DNA of 64,000 nt from Octopus bimaculoides (GCF_001194135.2 NC_068981.1:94970118-95034117), one strand, 5' to 3'. Counted from the stretch's first letter, positions 12,321 through 26,056 are shown. Made by a program: numbers and translations. The notes: generated by a model not told the origin, from the letters alone.

Positions 12321-13196
12321 CACAGATACAGCTTGATGTTTGGTGTCTAAAATAAAATAGGATAAAATCAAAAGAAGTAAAGCTAATTATTATAATAACA
12401 ATTAGAACATGAACATAAATTATGAAAGTCAAACAAGGAGACATTAACAGTACTTAATAGCTTCATTTTACTTACTAACTTAACTTACCATTGTCAATTC
12501 TACATCTGTTGCCCTTGTCACTATTGATTGACAGATTTGCTTCCTTTAGCTGGGTTTTTTTCCTCCAATAATTAGTCCTTACATGATTGTCTAATTACCC
12601 TCCCTTCACATATTCTCTGGGCTTTCTGTTTTGGGGTTACCATCCATACTTAACTCACATTTTATTTTCTCACCAAGTATCAATCACCTTTTCTTATCAT
12701 AAATAGAAAAGGCATCACAACTACATACCAACGAAGAACATGCTTGCTTGACCAGCTAGAAATAGCAAAATCTCCCTTAAACACCCACTCATCATACATA
12801 AGGCAGAACACAAGATAATGTAGTTCTAAATACCCCTACAAAGATAAGACACTTATGGCTGGAATGTATCTGATCAAAGGTTTGTACATACAACCAAGGC
12901 TGAGCTAGGGTTAAGCAACAATATAAGAGGTGAAACAGTTGAATTGATATTAAAGTAAAATATAATTCTAGGGGATTGCGAAAATATTAATTTTTATCAA
13001 CTAGCTACTTCTTCTGCTCATCTATACTAAATCTGTTGCTTGGAATTTTGTACATTTACTTGAATAAATTCTCTCTTTACACTAAACAATATGCTTCTTT
13101 CACTACTGACTACCACCCACTCATATCTGATGCCATTTTGCATGAAGGAAATAAACTACAAAATATTCTGTTAAATCATTCACAAGGTTAGTGTAA

Positions 13197-13217
13197 TCTA
13201 TATATATAAAAATGAGA

Positions 13218-13265
<48 letters not shown>

Positions 13266-14610
13266 CCCTAAAACTCGAGAACTACGCAACCAATTTCATT
13301 CAAATTTTACACATGCCTTACTTAGGGTTCCAGTTGTGTTTTAGTCAAAAAAAATTATTAACTTCTTGCAGAGTTCGAGCACACGGCAACATAATATCTC
13401 CTCCACTATTTAAGTATTACGTGTCAAAAGTGAAACAAAAACACTCATGTCAAATNNNNNNNNNNNNNNNNNNNNNNNNNNNNNNNNNNNNNNNNNNNNN
13501 NNNNNNNNNNNNNNNNNNNNNNNNNNNNNNNNNNNNNNNNNNNNNNNNNNNNNNNNNNNNNNNNNNNNNNNNNNNNNNNNNNNNNNNNNNNNNNNNNNNN
13601 NNNNNNNNNNNNNNNNNNNNNNNNNNNNNNNNNNNNNNNNNNNNNNNNNNNNNNNNNNNNNNNNNNNNNNNNNNNNNNNNNNNNNNNNNNNNNNNNNNNN
13701 NNNNNNNNNNNNNNNNNNNNNNNNNNNNNNNNNNNNNNNNNNNNNNNNNNNNNNNNNNNNNNNNNNNNNNNNNNNNNNNNNNNNNNNNNNNNNNNNNNNN
13801 NNNNNNNNNNNNNNNNNNNNNNNNNNNNNNNNNNNNNNNNNNNNNNNNNNNNNNNNNNNNNNNNNNNNNNNNNNNNNNNNNNNNNNNNNNNNNNNNNNNN
13901 NNNNNNNNNNNNNNNNNNNNNNNNNNNNNNNNNNNNNNNNNNNNNNNNNNNNNNNNNNNNNNNNNNNNNNNNNNNNNNNNNNNNNNNNNNNNNNNNNNNN
14001 NNNNNNNNNNNNNNNNNNNNNNNNNNNNNNNNNNNNNNNNNNNNNNNNNNNNNNNNNNNNNNNNNNNNNNNNNNNNNNNNNNNNNNNNNNNNNNNNNNNN
14101 NNNNNNNNNNNNNNNNNNNNNNNNNNNNNNNNNNNNNNNNNNNNNNNNNNNNNNNNNNNNNNNNNNNNNNNNNNNNNNNNNNNNNNNNNNNNNNNNNNNN
14201 NNNNNNNNNNNNNNNNNNNNNNNNNNNNNNNNNNNNNNNNGGTCAAACACTGTCTGTAGCTGGTCTTCTCTTGGAAGAGCCCTGCTTCTCACATGGACAA
14301 CTGTATGTTGGCTGCTCAAGAGTGGGCAGCAACAAAAAACCTATTTGTATATGCTCCACAAGGGAAAACAAGGAACATAGTTTACAATGAGGTGTTATAA
14401 TCACAACAGCAAGAAAGTATGTACATGATCACCTTCTTTTACGAAACTTCATTGACTTTCATATATTTATATTGATATACATATATATACGTGTGTTTGG
14501 GTGCATGTGTGTATATACATCTCTATATATAAAGATGATGCGTAGTCTAGACGGCGTTTTTAGATTTCATTATTCTCTTTAACCCGGGCAACGCCGGGTA
14601 TTTCTGCTAG
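13197..14610 (+). mobile_element. Non-autonomous Helitron (Lep1/MINE-like, internal (TG)n)
   Basis: A|TC start followed by tatatatataaaaatgagaa(tg)n; 3' hairpin acccgg-gcaacg-ccgggt, then CTAG|T. The N gap means both ends cannot be proven to belong to one copy. Confidence 0.65.
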
Positions 14611-14699
14611 TACATAAATATATATATATATATGCAAAATGGAGATTATCAGACTAAATCTATTATTATTTGGCAGAATTGTACAAATATCAGAAAAAC

Positions 14700-14870
14700 T
14701 ACTTTGTGGTATTTCTTCTGACTCTTGACCTTCTGAGATCAAATTCCACCAAGCTCAACTTTGCTTTACATCCTTCCAGAGTTGATAAAATAAAGTAGCA
14801 GTTAAGTACTGGTGTTGATTTACTGAATTTACCCTTCCCCTCAAATCCCTGGCCTTCTGCCTATGTTAAA
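14700..14870 (+). mobile_element. SINE fragment
   Basis: tttgctttacatccttccagagttgataaaataaagta...ggtgttgattt tail, related to 45060-45190. Confidence 0.55.
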
Positions 14871-14876
14871 GACAAT

Positions 14877-15070
14877 TAAACCTTTAGCATTTAGATTACT
14901 GTCAAATATGATGCTTATTGAATTAATCATAGCTTATTTTGTAGCTTCAAAATTTCAATGATGTGATTGTTTATTTTTAGAATGACATTGTAGGATAGGT
15001 GTGAAGCCAAATCTGGCTAGTTTGAACATTATATGGGCTGGACATGGCCAGTTTAAACGCTAAATGGTTT
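14877..15070. mobile_element. piggyBac-like MITE (degenerate)
   Basis: Starts ttaaacctttagcatttagatt, like the piggyBac end at 31187, and ends gctaaatggtt. Confidence 0.5.
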
Positions 15071-15569
15071 TGTAACTGAGAATCAAATTCTTAGAAATTT
15101 GCCATATAATAAATTTAATTCTAGATACACAAAATGAACTGCTACAGAAATGAGTAAGATATAGTCATATGATCCACTGCACATCTTATTTCTATCAATT
15201 CACATTTCTCATAAACCATGTTATACAAGAACTGGCAAGTGCACATAAAAGACATTTATGGTTTTCCAAGCTACCAAAGAAGCTGGTACGTAGTCACTCA
15301 ACTTGTTAGAAATATCATCTTAACTTCCTTCAAATCATAGTCTAAAGTCTTAAAAAAAGCAAGGACACTTTAGACAACATAGTCATAACATTTTGCCTAA
15401 AACAAAAACAAACAAAAAAAGAAAACAATGGTTAAGGGTGAAATAAATTTTATCATATGTCTACTCAATGAGGAGAGCAAAGATTTGGAGCTGAGCAACA
15501 ATTGCCAATTTTGACACCATCAAGGATTCTACAGAAAGCCAACTTAAAACTTCTGATGCATGTTAGAAA

Positions 15570-15718
15570 GTACAGGCATGGCTGGCTTTGTGGTCAAGAA
15601 ACTTGTGGTCTTTGGGTCAGTCTTATTAAATGACACCTTGAACAAGTGTCTTCTATTATAACATGAGGCTGACCAAAACTTTGTGAGTAGATTTAGTAGA
15701 CAGAAACTGAAAGAAACC

Positions 15719-15749
<31 letters not shown>

Positions 15750-15950
15750 TTTGTTTGTCTCCCACTAATGCCTGATAATAAGAAGGTTGTTTATGTCTCT
15801 GACACTTAATGGTTCAGCAAAAGAAACTAACAAAATAAGTGCCAGGTTTTAAAAATTAGTATTGGGGTTGATTTACTCAACTAAACCTTTCAGAGCATTG
15901 TCCCAGCATAGCCACAGTATGATGACTGAAACAAGTAAAAGAGAGCAGAT
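15570..15950 (+). mobile_element. tRNA-headed SINE with internal (TG)n
   Basis: ggctggctttgtggtcaagaa head, gacagaaactgaaagaa, microsatellite, then ggttcagcaaaagaaac...gactgaaacaagtaaaaga; same family as 55640-56052. Confidence 0.75.
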
Positions 15951-16264
15951 AAAAATACCTGGATTTATTAAGTTTTGTAATTTATAGGCATATTTGTTTT
16001 GTTCCTTTGAACTCAAACTACTTCAAATTGTTTTTGTTTCAAGTAAATTGTTTAATCACTGTAACCTGATAAGAATTATGCAAATTCCTTTGCAGCAACT
16101 TCACCAAAGCCAATACAGGAGCTGATGAAAATATCTTATATAAATTGAATCACTTATATTCTTTATTATATGTGGCAATTTTTATCATTAGCTATTTAAA
16201 GACAAACATTTTTATGAAGACATTAAGCTAAGGCAGAACAGAGAAAAGAAAAATTGAAGACACT

Positions 16265-16307
<43 letters not shown>

Positions 16308-16457
16308 CATCAGTAAATCATAAATCTTAAAGAGAAGCACACTAAGTTATAGAGCAATGGAGTAATTAAAGATAGTTATGGCCAGTCTATGGGGTTACCC
16401 AGAGTTTCACATCCATAAAGTGCTTAGCTTTACGTTGTCTCTTCAGAGCCTAATGGC

Positions 16458-16521
<64 letters not shown>

Positions 16522-17622
16522 AGATTGTTAATACTAAAAAAAAAGAAAGAACTCAATACATAGTGCTTACATTATTCCTTATATAAATCATATTCACATG
16601 CATCATCATTATTTAACATCCACTTTTCCATGCTTGTGTGGGTCAGGCAGAATCTGTTGACTCAGATTGTCTATGGCTGGATGCCCTTCATGTTGCTAAC
16701 CCATAACCGTTTCCAAGCAAGGTAAATATTTCTCAAGCTTAGACATATTTTCCACGGAAGGCTGAAAATGAACAACATCACTTGTATGATGGTGAAGCTC
16801 ATTTATAACCATCACATGATGTAAAGACAGGGGTACTCACACACAAGCTTCTCTTAGTTTTCATCTACCAAATCCATTCACAAGGCTTTGGTTGGCCTGA
16901 GGCTAGACTGAACTTAAGACCACATGGTTGGAAAACAAGTTCCTTAACCACATAGTCATGCCTGCATCTGATATGATATAAATATACCCAACCCATGCCA
17001 GCATGGAAAACAGACGTTCAATGATGATAATGAATGAATGAATGAATGTATGTATGTATGGTGTGTAGGAATATTTGTATGTTGTATGCATGCATGCATG
17101 AATGTAGGATTCAAAGGCTGAAAGTTTTGTACAAATACACTTATCAAATTGGTAAGTGTACATGCATGAAATTCACTCACGTAGCTTCTCAGCTATAATA
17201 AATACATAAAATATATATGCATGTATGTGTGTGTATATGCTATATATATATATAGACAGATAGATAGCGAGATATGATAAGTATAGAGAGAGAAATTATC
17301 CAAGAGGTTACCATGTAAGCACTCAGGTATAATGTGGGTTCAGGCTAACTGCATTGAGTAGTAATGAACACCTAGGATTACTTAGGATGAACAATCCTAC
17401 TGTAATTCATTTGATGGGTAAATCCTGGGTTCCCTTCACTGGATTATATTTTCAAGAGTGTAAATCCAAGACAATTACAATGAATACAAAGACTGGTACA
17501 TGTGCCTATTTCTTATTTTTACGGTTAATTATACAGCATTATTAGTTTAGATTTGACTGACACATGTTTCTGCTGCACAGAGAATCAGCAATTACATTTG
17601 CATACATCTATTTTCAACTATA

Positions 17623-18504
17623 CAGGGTGCGGTGAATAAACTGTCGTTTAAATTAAGCAAAAATGAAAATAACACTGACATCTTATTTTAACAGATATAT
17701 TTACCAAAATTACAGAAAAATATCTTGAAATACTAAAGAGTTAAATTATTTAATAAAATTGCCATTGGCTTCAAGCATGGCCTCCACACAACTTCGGAAT
17801 CTCCTGCAACTCTTCTGGATGGTCTTCTTTTTTAAGTTTGTGAATCTTGCCATAATCCTTGCCTTCAGTTCATCTTGGGTATTACAAAGAGTTTTGTTGG
17901 TTGTTTGCTTAACTGTGCCCTACACATAATAATCAAGTGGGTTGCAGTCTGGGGTGTTAGGTGGCCAGATGTTAGTGATGATGTGGCTACATAAATTATC
18001 TGACAGCCATGACTGGGTTCTCTTGCTTGTGTGGCATGGTTCAAGGTCCTGTTGCCAGATATAGGGTCTTCTAGTAGCCACCCTCTTCACTGAGGGCAGC
18101 ACTACCTCCTCCAGGCACTTGATGTAGGCCTCCGTGTCGAATGTGAGGCTGTGTGGGAAGATGAATGGATGCATAACATTGTTATCACTAGTGATCACTC
18201 CAAACTACATGATGTTGACTGGATGTTTGATTTTTATCACTCTCAGTACATGTCCTCAGATTACACTGTCCTCAAATTGATACCCAAACACTCAGAAATG
18301 TTCTTATTGGAGCTTCTAGCATGAATGCCAAGCAGTACAGCATGTCATTTCCAAATTTCTGGCAGAGTGAATTGCATCATGGTGCTGTTTTTCTCACAGA
18401 TGGTGCCCAACTGACCCTACTATATTGCGTAGTTGACAAAATCAAAAACAAACAATGCGCATGCATGAAATTATAAAATGGTGACAATTTACCAACACAC
18501 CCTG
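17623..18504 (-). mobile_element. maT/DD37D Tc1-mariner deletion derivative
   Basis: TA-flanked TIRs CAGGGTGCGGTGAATAAACTGTC / GACAATTTACCAACACACCCTG; 37 residues between WQQD and the D of PDCNPLD. Confidence 0.9.
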
Positions 18505-18549
18505 TACGTCTTTATTCAAAGCCTGATTAAAAATGTGGTTTGAAACAAA

Positions 18550-19387
18550 CTGAGTGTATTCATGCATGGCTAACATATCTTGCTATAGGCTACTATGGTT
18601 TTATATAGACAAAAGAAAATGAGGAGGAGATTTAGAAACTTGATATGACTAAAAAATTACTATGGTGGTTGACCTCATCCTGACCTTAGGTTTAAGTTTG
18701 AAACTGAGAGTCCTAGATCCAAAGTAAGTCAAAGTGTATTTCTCAATGTTTTGTACAACAGCTATGTACTAAATGAGATTAAACTCTCAATTAAATTAGA
18801 TATACATGGGATAAGGAACTTTTTTATGATGGCAATTTAAAAAGTTTTCTGTGTAATCAAGTTTTAGATTATATGCAGTTTCCACATCCTATATACATTA
18901 CTTGATTTATAAAAAAGATATTTTAATTTAATGAGAATATCTATTGCTACTTGAAAGTCAAACCAGGTATTACCTTGCAATTTATGCACAGAGGAAATTT
19001 TCCAGACTTTTTCATTTAAACACCAGTTGCTTAACAGCAGATAAAAACAAACCTTAAGATGTTCATACTTACATAGGAAGACCTTTAAATAGTTTCATAC
19101 AAGCAATGTATTAGTATCCTCCACACAACTAGGAGATACTTGAGTCTACAGGATTAATCTCATTCAGTATTTAGCTGTTGTACAAAACATTGAGAAATAC
19201 ACTTTGACCTACTTTGGATCTAAGACTTTCAGTTTGAAACTTAAACCTAAGGTCAGGATGAGGTCAACCACCATAGTAATTTTTTTAGACATATCAAGTC
19301 TCTAAATCTCCTCCTCACTTCCTTTTTTCTATATAAAACCTTAGTAATCTGTAGCAAAATATGTTAGCCATACATGAATAAACTCAG
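18550..19387. repeat. Long inverted repeat: arms 18550-18782 and 19154-19387, ~370-bp spacer
   Basis: The arms are reverse complements at roughly 90% identity by eye (e.g. ggttgacctcatcctgaccttaggtttaagttt / aaacttaaacctaaggtcaggatgaggtcaacc). Confidence 0.9.
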
Positions 19388-19537
19388 ACTTTATTGTTGT
19401 GGTGGTTAAGCCTGGGAACTGTACTAACAGAAACAGCTGTAAGTTGAGATTCTGTTGTTTTGTAATTAATTAATAAATGATAATTGGTATAAATCAATTG
19501 TTATTCATCAATTTTATCTCCATTTTCTGTCTTCCTT

Positions 19538-19587
<50 letters not shown>

Positions 19588-22515
19588 TGCAGGAGTGGCT
19601 GTATGGTAAGAAGCTTGCTTCCCTGCTTTTTTGTAGCAATGAACATAACGAACAGTGTAAGAGACTTGTTGCCTCACATATAAGAGAACAATGTTTTCGG
19701 GGATCAGACAGTTGACGGGCGCTGCTTGTTCCCCCCATTTANNNNNNNNNNNNNNNNNNNNNNNNNNNNNNNNNNNNNNNNNNNNNNNNNNNNNNNNNNN
19801 NNNNNNNNNNNNNNNNNNNNNNNNNNNNNNNNNNNNNNNNNNNNNNNNNNNNNNNNNNNNNNNNNNNNNNNNNNNNNNNNNNNNNNNNNNNNNNNNNNNN
19901 NNNNNNNNNNNNNNNNNNNNNNNNNNNNNNNNNNNNNNNNNNNNNNNNNNNNNNNNNNNNNNNNNNNNNNNNNNNNNNNNNNNNNNNNNNNNNNNNNNNN
20001 NNNNNNNNNNNNNNNNNNNNNNNNNNNNNNNNNNNNNNNNNNNNNNNNNNNNNNNNNNNNNNNNNNNNNNNNNNNNNNNNNNNNNNNNNNNNNNNNNNNN
20101 NNNNNNNNNNNNNNNNNNNNNNNNNNNNNNNNNNNNNNNNNNNNNNNNNNNNNNNNNNNNNNNNNNNNNNNNNNNNNNNNNNNNNNNNNNNNNNNNNNNN
20201 NNNNNNNNATTCCAAGAAAGTTAGGGGTTGTGAATCCAACCCACTAAGGAATAATATCTATCCAATATACTGCCGGAAGGATACCCAATTACTATTACAC
20301 TAGTGTTTTTACCAAGTGCAATAAATGGGTGCAGGTAAAAGGAAATTTTACCCTTAATTCATATAGCAATAAGAAAATGGAGGGGAATATGTGGTACTCA
20401 TCAACTCGCAGACATTGTATTATGTCAATTTACCTGTTTATTTTTCAACTAAGAGGACAGGGCAATAAAAACAATATGCAAACACATATGACATATTATG
20501 TCATATCAGTAATAAAAAATTAAAAAGGACATCTAGTGACTGAAGAAGGGACAATGTCTTACAGCTGTTTCAGCCTAGTGGTGACATGCCTCTACTTTAT
20601 CCCTTATTGTAGTGTGCTCGTGTATGTGTATATACATACACACGAATATTTATTTATATACGCATATAAACTTCTCGATAATTTATTTAGTGTTTGTATT
20701 GTTTATATACACACCATTTATATAAGTATATACAGGCATGTAAGTATGTATGTGTGTGTGTACGTATGTGTGTACGTATGTGTACATATATATAAGTATA
20801 TAAATGCACATGTATGTGTATATGTATGTATATATATATACTCATGTCAAATTCATTTGACCGGTTAATGCTTGTCCAACCGTAGCTAAGCCAAGAGAGT
20901 TTAAAACAATTGATGACCAATTAGATGAGGGGACTGAACAGCAAAAATTACTCCTCCCCACTAGCAGCTTGATTCCAACTATCCACTACCAGCAGGATTC
21001 TAACTTCTCCATAAGCAGAAAATAACGGAGTATCTCATCGCAGGTTATATAAGTCTGGACATTATTATTATTATTGTTATTGTTATTATAACAATGCTCA
21101 TGAAATATCTTTTTATATAAATTCCTCCATCATAAACAGGACTGCTGGAAATATAGCGATAGGAACAAATGCACCAGTCCTCCTTTCCAAAAGCAACTAA
21201 AGCTTATGTACCAGGGAACATGTATGTACGGGAATGCTTATATACACATATGTGTATGTATGTATGTATGTGTGGGTGGGTATATATGTGTCCTTATGCA
21301 TAATAACAACAACAATTGACTCATTGGTGTGCGTGTATAGACGTTTCTGTATGTACATTTAAATGTACATATATATATATTCATGTATTTATGTTTATTT
21401 ATTTATGTATATCTATATATGTCAAAGTATGCATGCATATGCATATAAATGCAAGTTTTTATGATTTTTATATGTTTTTTTTAATGTTTATATTTGTATA
21501 TTGTAAATTAACTTCATGNNNNNNNNNNNNNNNNNNNNNNNNNNNNNNNNNNNNNNNNNNNNNNNNNNNNNNNNNNNNNNNNNNNNNNNNNNNNNNNNNN
21601 NNNNNNNNNNNNNNNNNNNNNNNNNNNNNNNNNNNNNNNNNNNNNNNNNNNNNNNNNNNNNNNNNNNNNNNNNNNNNNNNNNNNNNNNNNNNNNNNNNNN
21701 NNNNNNNNNNNNNNNNNNNNNNNNNNNNNNNNNNNNNNNNNNNNNNNNNNNNNNNNNNNNNNNNNNNNNNNNNNNNNNNNNNNNNNNNNNNNNNNNNNNN
21801 NNNNNNNNNNNNNNNNNNNNNNNNNNNNNNNNNNNNNNNNNNNNNNNNNNNNNNNNNNNNNNNNNNNNNNNNNNNNNNNNNNNNNNNNNNNNNNNNNNNN
21901 NNNNNNNNNNNNNNNNNNNNNNNNNNNNNNNNNNNNNNNNNNNNNNNNNNNNNNNNNNNNNNNNNNNNNNNNNNNNNNNNNNNNNNNNNNNNNNNNNNNN
22001 NNNNNNNNNNNNNNNNNNNNNNNNNNNNNNNNNNNNNNNNNNNNNNNNNNNNNNNNNNNNNNNNNNNNNNNNNNNNNNNNNNNNNNNNNNNNNNNNNNNN
22101 NNNNNNNNNNNNNNNNNNNNNNNNNNNNNNNNNNNNNNNNNNNNNNNNNNNNNNNNNNNNNNNNNNNNNNNNNNNNNNNNNNNNNNNNNNNNNNNNNNNN
22201 NNNNNNNNNNNNNNNNNNNNNNNNNNNNNNNNNNNNNNNNNNNNNNNNNNNNNNNNNNNNNNNNNNNNNNNNNNNNNNNNNNNNNNNNNNNNNNNNNNNN
22301 NNNNNNNNNNNNNNNNNNNNNNNNNNNNNNNNNNNNNNNNNNNNNNNNNNNNNNNNNNNNNNNNNNNNNNCAGTATAAAGAATTCATTAAGAGACTTAAA
22401 TAAAAATTTCTTTACACATCATTCAGGAATAAATATAACATCACAAAAAATACATTCCGTTTAAAAACACAAACCATTCATGGCGAAAAAATTTCACAAT
22501 TTGCTGGTAGTTAAT

Positions 22516-22546
<31 letters not shown>

Positions 22547-23149
22547 TGCATATTCAATATATTTGCACCTATACCCCATCTCTAACCATCCTTCACTCTC
22601 TCCATATGCTCATGCATCATCTATCCACTCACTTTTCCTGTTCTTCTGTCTCCAAGGCTCACCCTGATACCTTGTCACCACCACCTTTATCTACCTTTCC
22701 AGCTCCACTCCAATTACTCCTACCCATTCTTGAATAATGCAAGCAGCCATGTATCTTCCCTATAACAAGAAACCTATTTTAGTCTTTGCCTTCATCTTTA
22801 AACATTTACTAAGTAACATAGAGCTGCCTCTCTCTACAGGAGTCCTGCTAATTCCAAGGGTATATTTGTCTTGCTAGCAACATGGTGACCCCACTAGTGG
22901 TGATGCTACAAAAACGAAAAGCACACAATACAGTCTGTAAGAGGTTGTTGTTAGGAAGGGCATATAGCTACAAAAATCATGCTAAAGCAGACAATGGAGT
23001 ACAAGAGTACAATGCAGTCTTCTCAGCCATCAGATCTGGTCAAACCACCCAATACATTGCAGAATGGAAGATGGACATAAAAAGATGATGATGATTATAT
23101 ATATACATCTATCTTTTTTTCTATGGTTAGATGCTGTCCTGTCATCAAT

Positions 23150-23585
23150 CCAGGCTAGTTTCCAAGCAAAGACATGTTTTTGTCAACTATTGTAAATATT
23201 TACAATATTTACGTTTACCAAATACACTTACAATGCTTTGGTCAGCCCAGGGCTATAGTAGAACACACTTGCCCAAAGTGTCATGTGATGGGACTGAATC
23301 CAACACCATATTGTTGGAAACAAACATTCTAACCTACACAGCTATGCCTGTGCATATATATGTATGTGTGTGGGCCTTTGAGTTTGCCCCACCACCACTG
23401 CTTGACAATCGGCGCTGGTGTATTTATGTCCCCATAACTTAGTGGTTCAGCAAAAGAGACCAACAAAATAAGTATGAGGCTTTAAAACAAATTAGTACTG
23501 GGGTCGATACATTCAACTAAAAATTCTTCAAGGCAGTGCCACAGCATGGCCGCAGTGTAATGACAAACAAATAAGAAGAATAAAA
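23150..23585. mobile_element. SINE pieces in opposite orientations joined at a microsatellite
   Basis: Minus-strand head (ggctatagtagaacacacttgcccaaagtg) joined to a plus-strand tail (cttgacaatc...ggttcagcaaaagagacc). Confidence 0.55.
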
Positions 23586-25178
23586 GATATATAAATATAT
23601 TTGCACATACACAATTATAGATATTTAGATAAATTAATAACTGCCCACTTAGTTACTTTCACCAAACACTGACAGCTTATTTATAAGATGACCTATCATC
23701 AATATTCAGATATAATAATGAAACATCTCATTTTAAAATCAATCTTAATTCATACTTGTGCTACCAGAAGGTATAACAATGGGAAGTTCAATCACACTAA
23801 CCTTTGCCAGTTCAAAGCAACATTACTACTGAACACTGATAACAAAATTAGCAAAGTTGCTTTCAATAAAAATAGCTTTTAACAGCAGGTTCTTGACATA
23901 TTGTTCATGGTTAGCACCTCCATCCCTGTTCATCACTTGCTACATTTGCCTCAACCCTCCTGGCACTCTCCCCTCATGCTTGTATAACCTCCTCCCTCCA
24001 TCACTCCTGGTCCACTGGCTGCATTATCACTTGATTCTTACCTTTTTTCCCCAGCTACTTCCACCCACCCTTATATAAATGTTGTGTATCTTCTCTATGT
24101 CTGCTTATTACTGGGATAAAATCAACTTTCCAGCCTCTCAAATATCCCCCCCCACCACTTAATTGAGAGGGCTTTTCTCTTTTTCCTTTTCTTGTTCTTT
24201 CCTGTCTTGCAAAGTACTTGGCAACTCATTAGTGCTGGTGGCATGAGAAAAGCAACCAGTACACAACGATGCCAAAGCTGATATGGAGCATGATGCAGCC
24301 TTGTGGCTCACTGGAGCCTGTCATACCATCCAACCTATTGTCAGCATGTAAAACAGACACTAAATGATGATGATTGATAAGGAACTTAATAAAATGTAAA
24401 AATGTATTAGATGCTAGTGATGTATAGAATCATCTAAGCTTTTCTGAATTAAGATGCTTAAATATCTATTGAACTGTACTTAATACATCTCCTACAAAAT
24501 GATTACATAGTTATGATTGATGTTAATAATGACCTAGCCTAAGTTTGACAATATCACTTGTTGTCAACTAAAATAGAATTAATCAAGTTCTTTTTGACAA
24601 TACTCTTCAAAGATAGATAAGCACATTGGAATACTCATTAACAAAGTATCATCAATTTTTTAATACGATTATAATTTTCTGGACAATTAATCCTATTTAC
24701 AGTATTTATATCTACATAATATTTGATGAGTTTGATCTCTCATCATCCTCAGGTGCCTTATTTTAATGACCTAACAGATATGGACACTATTATCTTTAAT
24801 CTATATGTATAAGAGAGAGTTTGTGTGTGTGTGCACATACATATGTTCCTTATGCATTTGAAAACTGAGTTGCTGATTTTGATGTATGTGGTATCGAAAC
24901 ATTCAGCAATCTTTTGGCTACCAAATAAATTTTATTTTCATTTACATATTTTCTATGTTATCTCAACAACCAGCTTTAGTTATTTGAAAGACATTGCTCA
25001 ACAACGACCAGGTTTCATTAGAAAGTGAAAATAGTTTCACACTTTCAATTTGAACTAAAATTACAAAGTGTTGCATTACGAGAGTGACAATGTGTGAATA
25101 ATGGAAGTAATGTTTCTCCGAATTAGTCACATCTGTACTATATAATAAAGAAAGCTGCTAATCATCTATCTATATATA

Positions 25179-26056
25179 TTAGGTCATCCTATAAGTAATG
25201 CCGTTATTTTCAATTGCATGAACTGTAAGTCAGAGGGAGATGGGATAAACTATCTGCATCAACTTGCTATAAAAGCAGACAGTAATCTAACTTTGTCCTT
25301 ATTCTTAGTGCAAGTCTTGAAGAGTGCAGTTCGATTTTAACAGTTATTTTTCCAAAGCTATAATGGAAGTGGCAAAGGAGCATATTCGGCATATTTTGCT
25401 TTATGAGTTCAATAAAGGTAACAATGTAAGAGAAAGTGCAAGGAATATTAATGTAGTATATGAGGATCGGACAATAAGCACAAACCAGTCTCAACTGTGG
25501 TTCCAAAAATTCTGAACCAGAAACTACAGCCTAGACGACAAGCCTTGTCCTGTAAGATCTGTAGAGCTCAATGAGGATATCCTGCAAAACCTGGTGGAAC
25601 AAAATCCCATCGTAACTGTTGAGGAAGTAGCAGAGAAGCTTGGATTTTATCATCAACCAGTCATTCAAATCAGTGCTAGAAGAAAAGCGGCCATTTTTGG
25701 TTTTATAATGAAAGGTATCTTCCATCAGGATAATGCTCAGCCGCATACAGTGAGGATGACATTCCAAAGCCCAGACATTGCCTCATCTGATTATCATTTA
25801 TTCTGCAGTCTTCAAAATCATTTGAACAGAAAAAATATGAATTCTGTAGACAAGGTCAGAATAGTAGTGGAGGAGTATTTTTCATCACGGACAAGTGAAT
25901 TTTGGAAGAGGGGCCTTGCAAGTCTACCAGATAGATGGAAGAGCATTGTAGAAAATGAAGGAGAGTATGTTTAGATTAAAAAATAACTTTGTTTATCTCA
26001 ATTTTGAAAAATAAAAGAAGTATAAAAAAAACTGCAATATTCATGGGATGACCTAA
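25179..26056 (+). mobile_element. mariner (DD34D-type) element, internally deleted
   Basis: TA-flanked TIRs TTAGGTCATCC / GGATGACCTAA; reads FHQDNAQPH...SPDIASSDYHLFCSLQN...W...GEY. Confidence 0.9.
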
